A stretch of DNA of 64,000 bases from Squalus acanthias (taxonomy: Eukaryota): contig JASTWF010000034.1 in assembly GCA_030390025.1 (NCBI GenBank), positions 1,860,001 through 1,924,000 of the forward strand, in the 5' to 3' direction. The position numbers and the translations under genes are program-made. Numbering within the stretch: position 1 is the stretch's first letter; each line of letters begins with the position of its first letter. Positions 11,612 through 24,600 of the stretch are shown here, one piece after another. The notes beneath the pieces were generated by a model. The model had not been told where the DNA came from and searched no databases. It was given only the letters and a program-made list of their open reading frames with translations.

Positions 11612-12974
11612 TATCAGCGTGTTGCAGTGAGGTGTATGGGTAAAATCAGAGAGTTACAGTGAGACATGTGGGGTATATGTCAGTTTTACAGTGAAGGGTG
11701 TGGGGTTATTCAGATCGTTAAAGTGAGTCGTGTGGGGTATATCAGTGTGTTACAGTGAAGAGTGTGGTGTATATCAGTATTACAGTGAGAGGTGTCGGGT
11801 AAATCACAGTTTTACAGCGAGGGGTGTGGGGTATAACAGAGTATTACAGTGAGGGGTGTGGGGTATATCAAATTGTTACAGCGAGGGGTGTGTGGTATAT
11901 CAGAGTGTTACTTTGATGGTTGTTGGGTATATCAAAGTGTTACAGTGAATGGTGTGGGGTATATCAGTGTGTTAAAGTGAGGAGAGTGGGTTATATCAGA
12001 TTGTTAAAATGAGAGGTGTGGGATATGTAAGAGAATTTAAGTGAATGGTGTGGGGTATAACAGAGTATTACAGTGAGGGGTGTGGGGTATATCAGAGTCT
12101 TACAGTGAGTGGTGCGTGGTATATTGATGGTTGTTGGGTATATCTTAGTGTTACAGTGAGGGGTGTGGGGTATATCAGAGTGTTAAAGTGAGGTGAGTGG
12201 TGTATATCGGTCTGTTACAGTGAGAGGTTTGAAATATGCAAGAGAGGGTTAAATTATGGGGTATATCAGAGTGTTAATGAGGTGTGTGATTCATATCAGA
12301 GTTTTAAATTGAGGGGAGCGGCGTATATCAGAGTGTTAGCATAAGGGGTGTGGTGTATATCGGTGTGTTACACGAAGGCATGTGTGGGGTATATCAGAGT
12401 GTTAAATTGAGGGGAGCGACGTATATCAGAGTGTTAGCATAAGGGGTGTGGGGTATATCGGTGTGTTACACGAAGGCATGTGTGGGGTATATCAGAGTGT
12501 TGTAGTCAGGAGAGTGGGTTTGCATCAGAGTGCTACAGTTACGGGTGTGGGGTACATCAGAGTAATACAATGTCACAGTGAGGGTCGTGGGTATAACGGT
12601 GTGTTACAGTAAGATGATTGGGATATGTAAGAGAGTGTTACAGTCAGGAGTGTGGGCTATATCCTTGTTATAGTGAGGGGTGTGGTTTATATCAGAGTGT
12701 TACAGTGAGGGGTTGTGGGGTATATCAGATTATTATAGTGATTGATGTGGGGTATATTAATGTTGCAGTGAGGGGTGTTCAGTATCTGAGTTTAAGAGTG
12801 AGGTTTGTGGGGTATATCAGAGTGTTAAAGTGAATGGTGTGGGGTATATCAGAGTGTTAAAGTGAATGGTGTGGGGTATATCAGAGTGTTACAGTGAATG
12901 GTGCGGGGTATATCAGAGTGTTAAAGTGAGGTGAGTGGTCCATTACTCTTTATCTATTCCATGGGTACCTGCCT

Positions 12975-13110
12975 GTTACAATGAAAGGTCTACGACCTGA
13001 AACGTTAACTCTCTTTCTCTCTCCATAGATGCTGCCTGACATCCTGAGTATTTCCAGCATTTTCTGTTTTTACTTCAGATTTACAGCATGCGCAGTACTT
13101 TGCTTTTATG
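12975..13110 (+). mobile_element. Penelope-like terminal-repeat fragment with degenerate hammerhead motif
   Basis: ATGA-A-AGGTC-TAC-GACCT-GAAA-CGTT-AACT followed by the family tail GATGCTGCCTGAC... Confidence 0.6.
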
Positions 13111-13156
13111 CGCCTGCCTGGAATTATTTGATCGGACAGTATTGAAAGGAGCTTTA

Positions 13157-13985
13157 AGAACATAAGAAATAGGAGCAGGAGTAGGCCATTTGGCCCTTCG
13201 AGCCTGCTCCGCCATTCAATATGATCATGGCTGTTCTTCTACCTCATCTCCACATTCCTGCACCATCCCCGTACCTCTTGATTCCCTCAATATTCAAAAA
13301 TCTATCGATCTGTGTCTTGAATATACTCAATGACTGAGTCTCCACAGCTCTCTGGGCTATAGAATTCCAAGGATTCACCACCCTCTGAATGAAGAAATTT
13401 CTCCTCATCTCAGTCCGAAATGGCCGACCCCATATTCTGAGACTGTGACCCCTGGTTCTGGAATCCCAGGCCAGGGGAAACATCCTCCCTGCATCTAACC
13501 AGTCAAGCATAGTAAGCATTTTGTATGTTTCAAATAGATCACACCTCATTCTTCTAAACTCTCGAGAATATCGGCTTCGTCTACTCAATCTCTCCTCATA
13601 GGACAATTCCCCCATCCCAGGAACCAGTCTGGTGAACCTTCCTTGCACTCCCTCTTTGACAGGTATATCCTTCCTTAGGTAAGGAGACCAACACTGTACA
13701 CAGTACTCCAGGTGTGAATTTCACCCGGGCCCTATATAATTGCATAAAGAAGTCTTAACTTTTATACTCAAATCCTCTTGTAATGTCGGCCAACATACCA
13801 TATGTTTTCCTAATTGCTTGCTGTACCTGCAGGTTAAAGTTCAGTGATTCGTGTACAAGGACACCCAAGTCCCTCTGAATACCAACATTTCCCAATCTCT
13901 CACCATTTAAAAAATACTCTAGTAGGAAAAATAGAAAAGCAAAGTGGATAACTTCACATTTTTCAGCATTATATTCCATCCACAT
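13157..13985 (-). mobile_element. CR1 3' fragment (paralog of 36275-37110)
   Basis: ORF2 C-terminal motifs (RFTRLVPGM, RRNFF.QRVVN) and a 3' tail. Confidence 0.9.
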
Positions 13986-14003
13986 ATTACGTCCACGTAA
14001 GTT

Positions 14004-14457
14004 AGAACATAGAACATAGAACATAGAACAGTACAGCACAGTACAGGCCCTTCGGCCCTCGATGTTGTGCCGAGCATTGTCCGAGACCAAGATCAAGCTA
14101 TCACACTCCCTATCACTCTGGTGTGCTCCATGTGCTTATCCAATAACCGCTTGAAAGTTCCTAAAGTGTCCGACTCCACTATCACAGCAGGCAGTCCATT
14201 CCACACCCCAACCACTCTCTGAGTAAAGAATCTACCTCGGACATCCCTTCTATATCTCCCCCCATGCACCTTATAGTTATGCCCCCTTGTAACAGCTGCC
14301 TCTACCCGAGGAAATAGTCTCTGAACATCCACTCTATCTATCCCCCTCAACATCTTATAAACCTCTATTAAGTCGCCTCTCATCCTCCTCCGCTCTAAAG
14401 AGAAAAGCCCCAACTCCCTCAATCTTTCCTCATAAGACCTCCCCCCCAAACCAGGCA
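14004..14457 (-). mobile_element. Young CR1 3' fragment, nearly identical to 2106-2552
   Basis: Near base-for-base match to the first CR1, with an AGTTA duplication at the flanks. Absent from the paralogous site at ~36260. Confidence 0.95.
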
Positions 14458-15779
14458 GTTATTAGAATATTAATCACAATGCAACCAGACAATCAACAAA
14501 TATAAAGTGCTGTAGTTCTTTAATTCGCAGTATTAAAAAGCACTGAACAAAATGGGTATCCGTATTTTCAACTTCAATAACTTCCATGAATAAACGTGGT
14601 CTTCTTGAACCAGCACACCACCCATGTAACAGGTCAGAAATGCAGCACTTATTCACAAGTGCAGAAAAACACATACACACTTTGTGTCATTGAAGTATAA
14701 ACAGAAAGCAGGAAAAACTGTGATTTAACAGAAATAAACATCTGTCTTTCTTTCTGGACAGGAGAACCAGTCAGACTGACTGGGAAATGTTTACTCATAT
14801 GTTGATGTAAAGATTTATAATTTACCAATTTCGCTCCGAGTGTTTTTCTCTCAAACATTCTCCACAATATTATTCCCTGCTCTTATCAAGAAAAATGTTG
14901 AATTATTTTAGGTACTTCACAATTAAAAGTGGGGAACAAACTTCATTGTACTCACAATTTTTAATCTCCCATATCAAACATTCAATCGAATTGTACGTTA
15001 TCAGATTAATCAAAGTATTTTCTGTGTCTTTCTCAATAAACAAATAAAAGAGTATCCTGCAATTTGTATACATCATTACATATCTCTTGTTTCTGTTAAC
15101 ACTTCCCTAAATGTTTAAGAGCAAATCTATATTTACATTATTCCTGTGACTTGTTTGGACTACAGAACGACAGGCAAAATGAAAGGATTTGTGTTTTTCC
15201 ATTTTTTCGTTCTCTTCCCATATGTCTGAATGGAATATATTTAAAAAATTCATTTAAAAGTAATATGTAAATCCTACAAATCCTCCCCTGCCCTCCCCCT
15301 CCTCAACACCATGGTTGCAGGTTTGTGTAAAGATAATCACTTCAATTGATCGCTCAAAATCAAAAATCGAGAAATTTCAATTTTAAAACATTTTAAGCAT
15401 TTCAGAACCTCTTTAAAAACGTGTGGACTTCAAGACCTGGTTGAAACTTGTTTAGCTGAGGAGGAAATAGATTTTTGGTTCTGTTTCTTCCAAAATCATA
15501 TTCAAAACTTAGGGGGGGAAATGTATTTAACACTCATTTATTGTGAATAGTTCATTAAAATCTTTAAATTCTTTCAAGTCTCATTGCAGCTTTGACAGAG
15601 GAAGTTGCTCCAAGTTTCTATTTCCCGCTTCAATGCTGTCGTTAAACATACAACCAAAAAAATAAAATAAAGTCTAATTCCAAACGGAGCTCAGATCAGA
15701 AAGTGAGTAACATGGTTAAACTTGCTCAGAAGGCGGCGAGGTTATCTCTCCCCAGCCCTGGCGATGAGTTGGGATCAGT

Positions 15780-18240
15780 GCTGTACTTGCCCTGGGAGCA
15801 TTTGATTGGGACAGTGCAGAGAGCTTTAATCTTTATATAACCCGTGCTGTTATTGCCCTGGGAACGTTTGATGGGGCAGTGCAGAGAGCTTTAATCTTTA
15901 TAAAACCCGTGCTGTTATTGCCCTGGGAATGTTTGATGGGGCAGTGCAGAGAGCTTTAATCTTTATATAACCCGTGCTGTTATTGCCCGGGGAATGTTTG
16001 ATGGGACAGTGCAGAGAGCTTTAATCTTTATATAACCCGTGCTGTTATTGCCCGGGGAATGTTTGATGGGACAGTGCAGAGAGCTTTAATCTTTATATAA
16101 CCCGTGCTGTTATTGCCCGGGGAATGTTTGATGGGACAGTGCAGAGAGCTTTAATCTTTATATAACCCGTGCTGTTATTGCCCGGGGAATGTTTGATGGG
16201 ACAGTGCAGAGAGCTTTAATCTTTATATAACCCGTGCTGTTATTGCCCTGGGAATGTTTGATGGGACAGTGCAGAGAGCTTTAATCTTTATATAACCCGT
16301 GCTGTTATTGCCCTGGGAATGTTTGATGGGACAGTGCAGAGAGCTTTCATCTTTATATAACCCGTGCTGTTATTGCCCTTTTAATGTTTGATGGGGCAGT
16401 GCAGAGAGCTTTAATCTTTATATAACCCGTGCTGTTATTGCCCGGGGAATGTTTGATGGGACAGTGCAGAGAGCTTTAATCTTTATATAACCCGTGCAGT
16501 TATTGCCCTGGGAGCATTTGATTGGGACAGTGCAGAGAGCATTAATCTTTATATATCCCGTGCTGTTATTGCCCTGGGAATGTTTGATGGGACAGTGCAG
16601 ACGGAGCTTTACTTTGCATCCCGGGTGTTTGGGTATTGGGCCCCTCCGCCCGCTCCAGCTCACTGTGCAGCCTGTGAATTTAAGTGCGCAGGATCTTACA
16701 GATCGCCCCGCGGCCAAGAACCTTCCAGGGAACATTGCTCAGCAGGTCAGGCAGCATCTGTGGAGAGAGAAACAGAGTCAATGTTTCAGCTCGATGACCT
16801 TTCATCAGAACTGGAAAATGCTACAGATGTATCAGATTTTAAGCATGTATAGAGGCAGGGAAAGGGGGGAAGGGAGGAAAGATCAAAAGGGAAGGTCTGT
16901 GCTGTACCTGCCCTGGGTGTATTTGGTGGGATTGGGTAGCGGGAGCTTTACTCGTGCTGTACTTGCCTTGGGAGAATTTGATGGCACAGTGCAGAGGGAG
17001 ATTTACCCAATACCTAACAGCTGCTGCACCTGCTGTGGAAATGTTTGATGAGGCAGTGTAGAAGCAGATTTAACCTGTATCTAAACCATGCTGTTCCTGC
17101 CCTGGGAGTGTTTGATGGGACAGTGTAGAGTGAGCTTTACTCTGAATCTAACCCGTGCTGTACCTGCCCTGGGAGTGTTTGATGGGACAGTGTAGAAGGA
17201 GCTTTACTCTGTATCTAACCCGTGCTGTACCTGCCCTGGGAGTGTTTGATGGGACAGTGTAGAGGGAGCTTTACTCTGTATCTAACCCGTGCTGTACCTG
17301 CCCTGGGAGTGTTTGATGGGACAGTGTGGAGGGAGATTTACTCTGTATCTAACCCGTGCTGTACCTGCCCTGGGAGTGTTTGATGGGACAGTGTAGAGGG
17401 AGCTTTACTCTGTATCTAACCCATGCTGTACCTGCCCTGGGAGTGTTTGATGGGACAGTGTAGAGTGAGCTTTACTCTGTATCTAACCCGTGCTTTACCT
17501 GCCCTGGGAGTGTTTGATTGGACAGTGTAGAGGGAGCTTTACTCTGTATCTAACCCGTGCTGTACCTGCCCTGGGAGTGTTTGATGGGACAGTGCAGAGG
17601 GAGCTTTACTCTGTATCTTACCGTGCTGTACCTGCCCTGGAAGTGTTCGATGGGACAGTGTAGACGGAGCTTTACTCTGTATCTAACCCGTGCTGTACCT
17701 GCCCTGGGAGTGTTGGATGGGAAATGTAGAGGGAGCTTTACTCTGTTTATAACCCGTGCTGTACCTGCCCTGGGTGTGTTTGATGGGACTGTGTAAAGGG
17801 TGCTTTACTCTGTATCTAACCCATGCTGTACCTGCCCTGGGAGTGTTTGATGGGATAGTGCAGAGGGTGCTTCACTCTGTATATAACCCGTGCTGTACCT
17901 GCCCGGGGAGTGTTTGATGGGACAGTGTAGAGGGAACTTTACTCTGTATCTAACCCGTGCTGTACCTGCCCTGGGAGTATTTGAAAGGACAGTGTAGAGG
18001 GAGCTTTAGTCTGTATCTTACCTTGTGCTGTTTTGCCCAGGGCGTGTTTGATGGGACAGTGTAGAGGGACCTTTACTCTGTATCTAACCCGTGCTCTACC
18101 TGCCCTGGGAGTGTTTGATGCGACAGTGTAGAATGAGATTTACTCTGTCACTAACCCGTGCTGTACCTGACCTTCGAGTGTTTAATAGGACAGTGCAGAG
18201 GGAGCTTTACTCTTATCTAACCCGTATTGTACCTGCCTGT
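15780..18240 (+). repeat. 65/67-bp minisatellite (CTGTACCTGCCCTGGGAGTGTTTGATGGGACAGTGTAGAGGGAGCTTTACTCTGTATCTAACCCGTG)
   Basis: A homogeneous 65-bp variant sub-array (15780-16600) and a 67-bp sub-array (17080-18240), separated by unique and Penelope-like sequence. Confidence 0.95.
16740..16897 (-). mobile_element. Penelope-like terminal-repeat fragment containing a hammerhead core
   Basis: The minus strand reads AGTT-CTGATGA-AAGGTCATCGAGCT-GAAA-CATT-GACT (16776-16812). Confidence 0.6.
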
Positions 18241-18429
18241 GAGTATAACCAACACCACCAGCGGCTTTTAATCCCCCCGGCTGACACCCGCTCTGCCGTT
18301 TATCCCCCCATCTGTATCTCTAACTCCCCCGCTCCCCGTGAACTGCCCGTTTCTATCACCCATTAGTACATCTCCTCCGCTGTCCAATCTGCCACCGTTT
18401 ATCTCCATCACCCCTGTCAAATATCCCCG

Positions 18430-19982
18430 TATACAACGCCCTGTATACTCTACCAGTGTGACATCACCTCTACATACTATACCCGTGACTCCCCCTGTAT
18501 ACTATACCCTTGTGACACCCCCTGTACACTATACCCCGTGACACCCCCCTGTATGCTATACCCGTGAAAATCCCTGTACTCTACACCCCTGTGACACGCC
18601 CCGTATACAATAACCCTGTGACGCCCCCTGTATACTCTACCCGTGACACCCCCCAGTACACTATACCCGTGACACCCCCCTGTGTACTATACCCGTGACA
18701 CCCCCTGTACACTATACCCGTGACACCCCCCTGTATAGTATACCCCTGTGACACCCCCTCTGTACACTAGACCCCTGTGACACCCCCTGTACACTTTATC
18801 CCGTGACACCCCCCCCCCCATATGCTATTCCCGTGAAAACCCCTGTACAGTACACACGGGACACCCCCGTATACTATACCCGTGACACCCCCTATATACT
18901 ATACCCGTGACACCCCCTGTACACTAAACCCGTGACAACCTCGTATACTATACCCCTGTGACAACCCCTGTATACTATACCCCTTTGAGTCTACCCTGTA
19001 TAATATACCCGTGACACCCCCTGTATACAATACCTCTGTGACACTCCCCTGTATACTATACCCATGACAACCCCTGTATACTAAACCCGTGACACCCCCT
19101 GTATACTTCACCACTGTGACACCCCCTTGTACACTACAACCCTGTGACATCCCCTGTACACTATACCCCTGTGAAACACCCCGTACACTATACCCCTGTA
19201 ACAGCCCCCTATGACACGACCCCTGTATACTATACGTGCGACACTCCCCTGTATACTATACCCCTGTGACACCCCTTGTGTACAATACCCGTGACACACA
19301 GCTGTATACTATATCCCTGTGATAACCCCTGTATACAATACCCGTGACACACCCCTTTATACTATACCCGTGACAACCCCTGTATACTATACCCCTGACA
19401 CTCCCCTGTCTCCTATACCCATGACATCCCCTGTATACAATACCCGTGACACACCCCTGTATACTATAGCCCTATGACACTCCCCTGTATAATATACCCA
19501 TTACACCCCCTGTAAACTATATCCCCGTGACGCCCCGTGTACACTACACCCCTGTGACACCCCCTGTACACTATAACCCTGTGACACATCCGCTTAATAC
19601 TATACCCGATACACCACCCCTCTATACTATACCCGTGACACACCCCTGTATAAAATACCCGTGATACCCCTGTATACTATACACGTGACACTCCCCTGTA
19701 TACTATACCACTGTGACACCCCTCTGTACACTATACTCCAGTGACACTCCCCCTGAATACTTTATCCCTGTGACAGCACCCCTGTATACTAGAGCCCTGT
19801 GACACCCACTGTATACTAGACCCGTGACTATCCCCTCTATAGTATACCCACGTGACACCCCCTGTATACTATACCCCAGTTACACCCCTCTGTATACTTT
19901 ACCCCTGTGACACCACCCTTGTATACTGGACTCCTGTCACAATCCCCTGTATATTATACCATCGTGATACTCCCTGTATACT
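18430..19982 (+). repeat. ~25-28-bp minisatellite (CCCTGTATACTATACCCGTGACACC)
   Basis: Direct periodicity. Confidence 0.95.
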
Positions 19983-22900
19983 GAAAGTAGCGGGTACAGA
20001 GCGAGAGCACCAAAACCCGGGAGAGTTCAAACCACGGGAACAGAGCGAGAGAGTCAAAACCCGGGAGAGTTCAAAAGCAGCGGGAGCAGAGCGAAAGCGC
20101 CAAAACCCGGGAGGGTTCAAAAGCAGCGGGAGCTGAGCGAAAGCGCCAAAACCCGGGAGGGTTCAAACCCCGGGAACAGAGCGAGAGAGTCAAAACCCGG
20201 GAGGGTTCAAACCCCGGGAACAGAGCGAGAGAGTCAAAACCCGGGAGAGTTCAAACCCCGGGAACAGAGCGAGAGAGTCAAAACCCGGGAGAGTTCAAAA
20301 GCAGCGGGAGCAGAGTGAGAGAGTCAAAACCCGGGAGATTTCAAAAGCAGTGGGAACGGAGCGAGAGAGTCAAAACCCGGGAGAGTTCAAAAGCAGCGGG
20401 AGCGGAGCGAGAGAGTCAAAACCCGGGAGAGTTCAAAAGCTGAGATACAAGGGCCGCTTTGTGTTAAGAAGTAAATAGTTATCGAAGTGTGACGTCACCA
20501 GAAAGCAGGTAAGTGATCGGTTGCTGCGTATGTCTCTATTTCTCGATTTTTTCCCCAAACGTGCCTTGGTGTAGATTAAAAGATATAAGCGTTCCAAATT
20601 TGAAAACTAATTAATTAATTGAGATGGGAGACCAGGCAATGTGTTGTTGTTGTTGTTGTTGCTCGTGGACACCATTGAGGTCCAGGGCGACCACATCTGC
20701 AGCAAATGTTGGCTGCTCGATGAACTTTGGCTCAGAGTTGATGAGCTGGAGTCCGAGCTTCAGACACTGCGACACATTAGGGAGAGGGAGCGTTACCTGG
20801 ACACTATGTTACAGGAGGCAGTCACACCCACTAGAATAATTACTTTCACATTGCCCCATGGTCAGCGACAGGAGGGTGTGACTCCAAGCGAGGCAGGTAT
20901 TGGGTTCCAGGAGGAGGTGGTGGAGGAGCCTCAGCCCTCGGCCTTGTCCAACAGGTGCGAGATTCCTGCTCCCTGTGTGGATGAGGCCAGGGATGGCAGG
21001 GAGGATGAGCAAACTGACCACAGCACCGTGGTACAGGGAGCCATTCAAGTGGGGGGAGCAAAAAGAAATATTGTAGTGATTGGGGACAGTATAGTGAGGC
21101 GGATAGATACTGTTCTCTGCAGCTGTCAGCCTGAGTCCCGAAGGCTGTGTTGCCTGTCCGGTGCCAGGGTTAAGGACATCTCCTCTGGGCTGGAGAAAAA
21201 CTTGGAGTGGGAGGGGGAAGATGCAGTTGTCATGGTCCACGTAGGTACCAATGATATAGGTAGGACAAAGAAAGAGGTTCTGCAGAGAGAGAGTATGAGC
21301 AGCTAGGGGCTAAATTATAAAGTAGAACCACAAAGGTAATAATCTCTGGATTACTACCTGAACCACGAGCGAATTTACACAGGGTAAATAAGATCAGAGA
21401 AATGAACGAGTGGCTCAAAGACTGGTGTGGGAGAAATGGGTTTCGATTTGTGGGACACTGTCATCAGTACTGGGATAAGAGGGAGCTGTTCCGTTTGGAC
21501 GGGCTTCACTTGAACCATGCTGGGGCTAGAGTCCTGACAAATCGAATAACTAGGGCTGTAGAGAGGGCTTTAAACTAAATAGTCGGTGGGAGGATCCAGG
21601 TGAGTGGGAAAATGAAAAGTCAATGAGAAATGAGAATGCAATAGAGCAGGCTAGAGATGGGGGAAATAATAACCAGAGTATGACAGGAAGGGACAGAATG
21701 TTTAAAAATAAGAGTGTAACAGAAAAAAGGTCAAAAGAAGGAAAAATGGTAAAAAGACAAAGTTAAAAGCTCTATATCTGAATGCACCTAGCATTCGTAA
21801 CAAGATAAATGAGTTGACGGCACAAATAGATACAAATGGGTATGATCTGATCGCCATTGCAAAGACGTGTTTGCAAGGCGACCAGGGCAGGGAACTGAAT
21901 ATTCCAGGGTATATGATAATTCGGAAGGATAGAAAGAAAGGAAAGGGAGGTGGGGTGGCTTTGTTGGTAAACGATGGGATTAGTGCAGTGGTGAGAAGTG
22001 ATATTGGCTCAGAAGATCAAGATGTAGAATCGGTTTGGGTGAAGATAAAAAAAAATAAGGGGAAAATGTCTCTCGTGGGCGTAGTCTACAGGCCCCCGAA
22101 CAGTAGCAATGCTGTTGGACAGAGTATAAATCTACAAATAATGGAGGCCTGTAAAAATGGTCCGGTAATAATCATGGGTGATTTTAATCTCAATATTGAT
22201 TGGACAAATCAAATTGGCCATGGAAGCCTGGAGGAGGAGTTCATAGAGTGTATCCGGGATGTTTTCCGAGAACAGTATGTAATGGAACCAACCAGGGAGC
22301 AGGCTATCTTGGATCAGGTACTATGTAATGAGACAGAATTAATAAATGATCTCATAGTAAAGGATCCTCTAGGAAAGAGTGATCATAGCATGGTTGAATT
22401 TCAAATTCAGTTGGAGGGTGAGAAAGTTGTATAGCAAACCAGTGTCCTGATCTTAAACAAAGGCAATTATAATGGCATAAGGGCAGAACTGGCTAAAGTG
22501 GACTGGAAAAACAAATTAAAGGGTAAGAAGGTTGAAATGCAGTGGCGGACATTTAAGGAGATATTTCATAACTCTCAACAAAAATATATTCCACTGATAA
22601 AGAAAGCTTTTAAGAGAAGGGAGCACCATTCGTGGCAAACTAAGGAAGTAAAGGATGGCATCAAATTGAAAACGAAGGCATAAAATGTTGCCAAGATTGG
22701 TGGGAGACCAGAGGATTGGGAAAATTTTAAAAACCAACAAAGGATGACTAAAAAAGTAATAAATAGAGAGAAGATGAATTATGAGAGTAAGCTGGCAAGA
22801 AACATTAAAACAGATAGTAAGAGCTTCTACAGGTATATAAAAAGGAAGAGGGTAGCTAAAGTAAACGTTGGTCCCTTAGAGGATGGGACTTGGGAATTCA

Positions 22901-24600
22901 ATAATGGGAAAGGGGAATTGGCAGAGACACTGAACAAATATTTTGCATCGCTCTTCACTTTAGAAGACACTCACAACATCCCAATAATGGATAATCAAGG
23001 GACCAAAGGGAGTGGAGAACTAAGGACAATCACCATCACTAAGGAAACAGTACTTGGTAAAATAATGGGACTAAAAGACGACAAGTCCCCTGGAACAGAT
23101 GGCCTGCATCCCAGGGTCTTAAAAGAAGTGGCTGCAGAGATACTGGATGCATTGGTTGCAATATCCCAAAATTCCCTGGACTCTGGAGAGGTCCCAGCGG
23201 ATTGGAAAACCGCTAATGTAACACCGCTATTTAAGAAAGTAGGGAGAAAGAAAGTAGGAATCTATAGACCAGTTACCCTAACATCTGTCGTTGGGAAAAT
23301 GCTGGAGTTCTTCATTAAGGAAGCAGTAGCAGGGCATTTAGAAAAATATACTGCAGTCAAAGTTGCTAGAGTTCTTTGAGGATGTAACAAGCAGGGTGGA
23401 CAAGGGTGAACCAGTATTTGGATTTCCAGAAGGCATTCGTTAAGGTGCCACATAAAAGGTTACTGCAAAAGATAAGAGCTCACGGAGTTGGGGGTAATAT
23501 ATTAGCATGGCTAGAGAATTGGCTAACTAACAGAAACCAGAGATTCGGGATAAATGGGTAATTTCTGGTTTGCAAACGGTAACTAGTGGGGTGCCACAAG
23601 GATCGGTGCTGGGGCCCCAACTATTTACAATCTACATTAATGTCTTGGATGAAGGGATCGAGTGTAATGTAGCCAAGTTTGCAGATGATACAAAGATGAG
23701 TGGAAAAACAAGTTGTGCAGAGGACTCAATGAATCTGCAAAGGGATATAGACAGGCTAGGTGAGTGGGCAAACATTTGGCAGATGGAGTATAATGTGGGA
23801 AAGTGCGAGGTTATCCACTTCGGCAGGAAAAATAAAAAAACAAACTATTATTTAAATGAAGAGAGTTTACAAAATGCTACAGTTCAGAGGGACCTGGGGG
23901 TGCTTGTGCATGAAACACAAAAAGTTTGCATGCAGCTAGAGCAAGTAATCAAAAAGGCAAATGGAATGTTGGCGTTTATTTCAAGGGGGTTGGAGTATAA
24001 AAGCAGGGAAGTCCTGCTACAACTGTACAAGGTATTGGTGAGACCACACCTTGAGTACTGCGTACAGTTTTAGTCTCCTTATGCAAGGAAGGATATACTT
24101 GCATTGGAGGCAGTTCAGAGACGATTAACTAGGTCAATTCCAGAGATGAGGGGGTTGACTTATGAGGAAAGGTTGAGCAGGCTGGCCCTATACTGATTGG
24201 AATTTAGAAGAATGAGATGTGATCTTATCGAAACATATATTATACTGAGGGGCTCGACAGGTTAGATGCAGAGAGAATGTTTCCCCTCATGGGGAAACCT
24301 GGAACTCGGGGCACAGTCTCAGAATAAAAGGTCGCCCATTTAGAACTGAGATGAGGAGGAATTTCTTCTCTCAGAAGCTCGTAAATCTGTGCAATTCTCT
24401 GCCCAAGAGAGCTGTGGAGGCTGGGTCACTAAATACATTTAAAGTGAAGACAGACAAATTATTGCAAGATAAGGGAGTGAAGGGTTATGGGGAGCGGGCT
24501 GGGAAGTGGCTTTGAGCCCAGATCAGCCATGATATTATTGAATGGCGGAGCAGGCTCGAGGGGCCAAGTGGCCTATTCCTGCTCCTATTTCTTATGTTTT
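19983..24600 (+). mobile_element. Full-length decayed CR1 LINE: tandem-repeat 5' UTR, ORF1 (Zn finger/coiled coil/SGNH esterase, ~20624-21579), ORF2 (APE endonuclease + RT, ~21760-24510)
   Basis: ORF1 has 'HICSKC..LRVDELESELQTLR', 'VVIGDSIVR', 'VHVGTND' and 'DGLHLN'. ORF2 has 'LYLNA', 'GGGVAL', 'VYRPP', 'MGDFN', 'SDH', '[10 protein letters not shown]' and 'KFADD'. TTCTTATG tail; several stops and frameshifts. Confidence 0.95.
19985..20445 (+). repeat. ~43-47-bp CpG-containing tandem repeat forming the CR1 5' UTR
   Basis: Repeated GAGCGAGAGAGTCAAAACCCGGGAGAGTTCAAA units directly upstream of ORF1. Confidence 0.85.

Larger units (their letters stand above)
8085..12940 (+). repeat. ~32-bp minisatellite (GGGGTATATCAGAGTGTTACAGTGAGGGGTGT), interrupted by CR1 fragments and a solo LTR
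   Basis: Direct periodicity at 8085-9570, 10410-10483 and 11612-12940. An inverted copy lies at 37330-37554. Confidence 0.95.

Noticed and set aside
15780..18240. Regular repeats resembling a CRISPR array (also 32205-32740 and the 82-bp arrays)
   Set aside because: Head-to-tail units with no unique spacers and no cas genes, in eukaryotic context.
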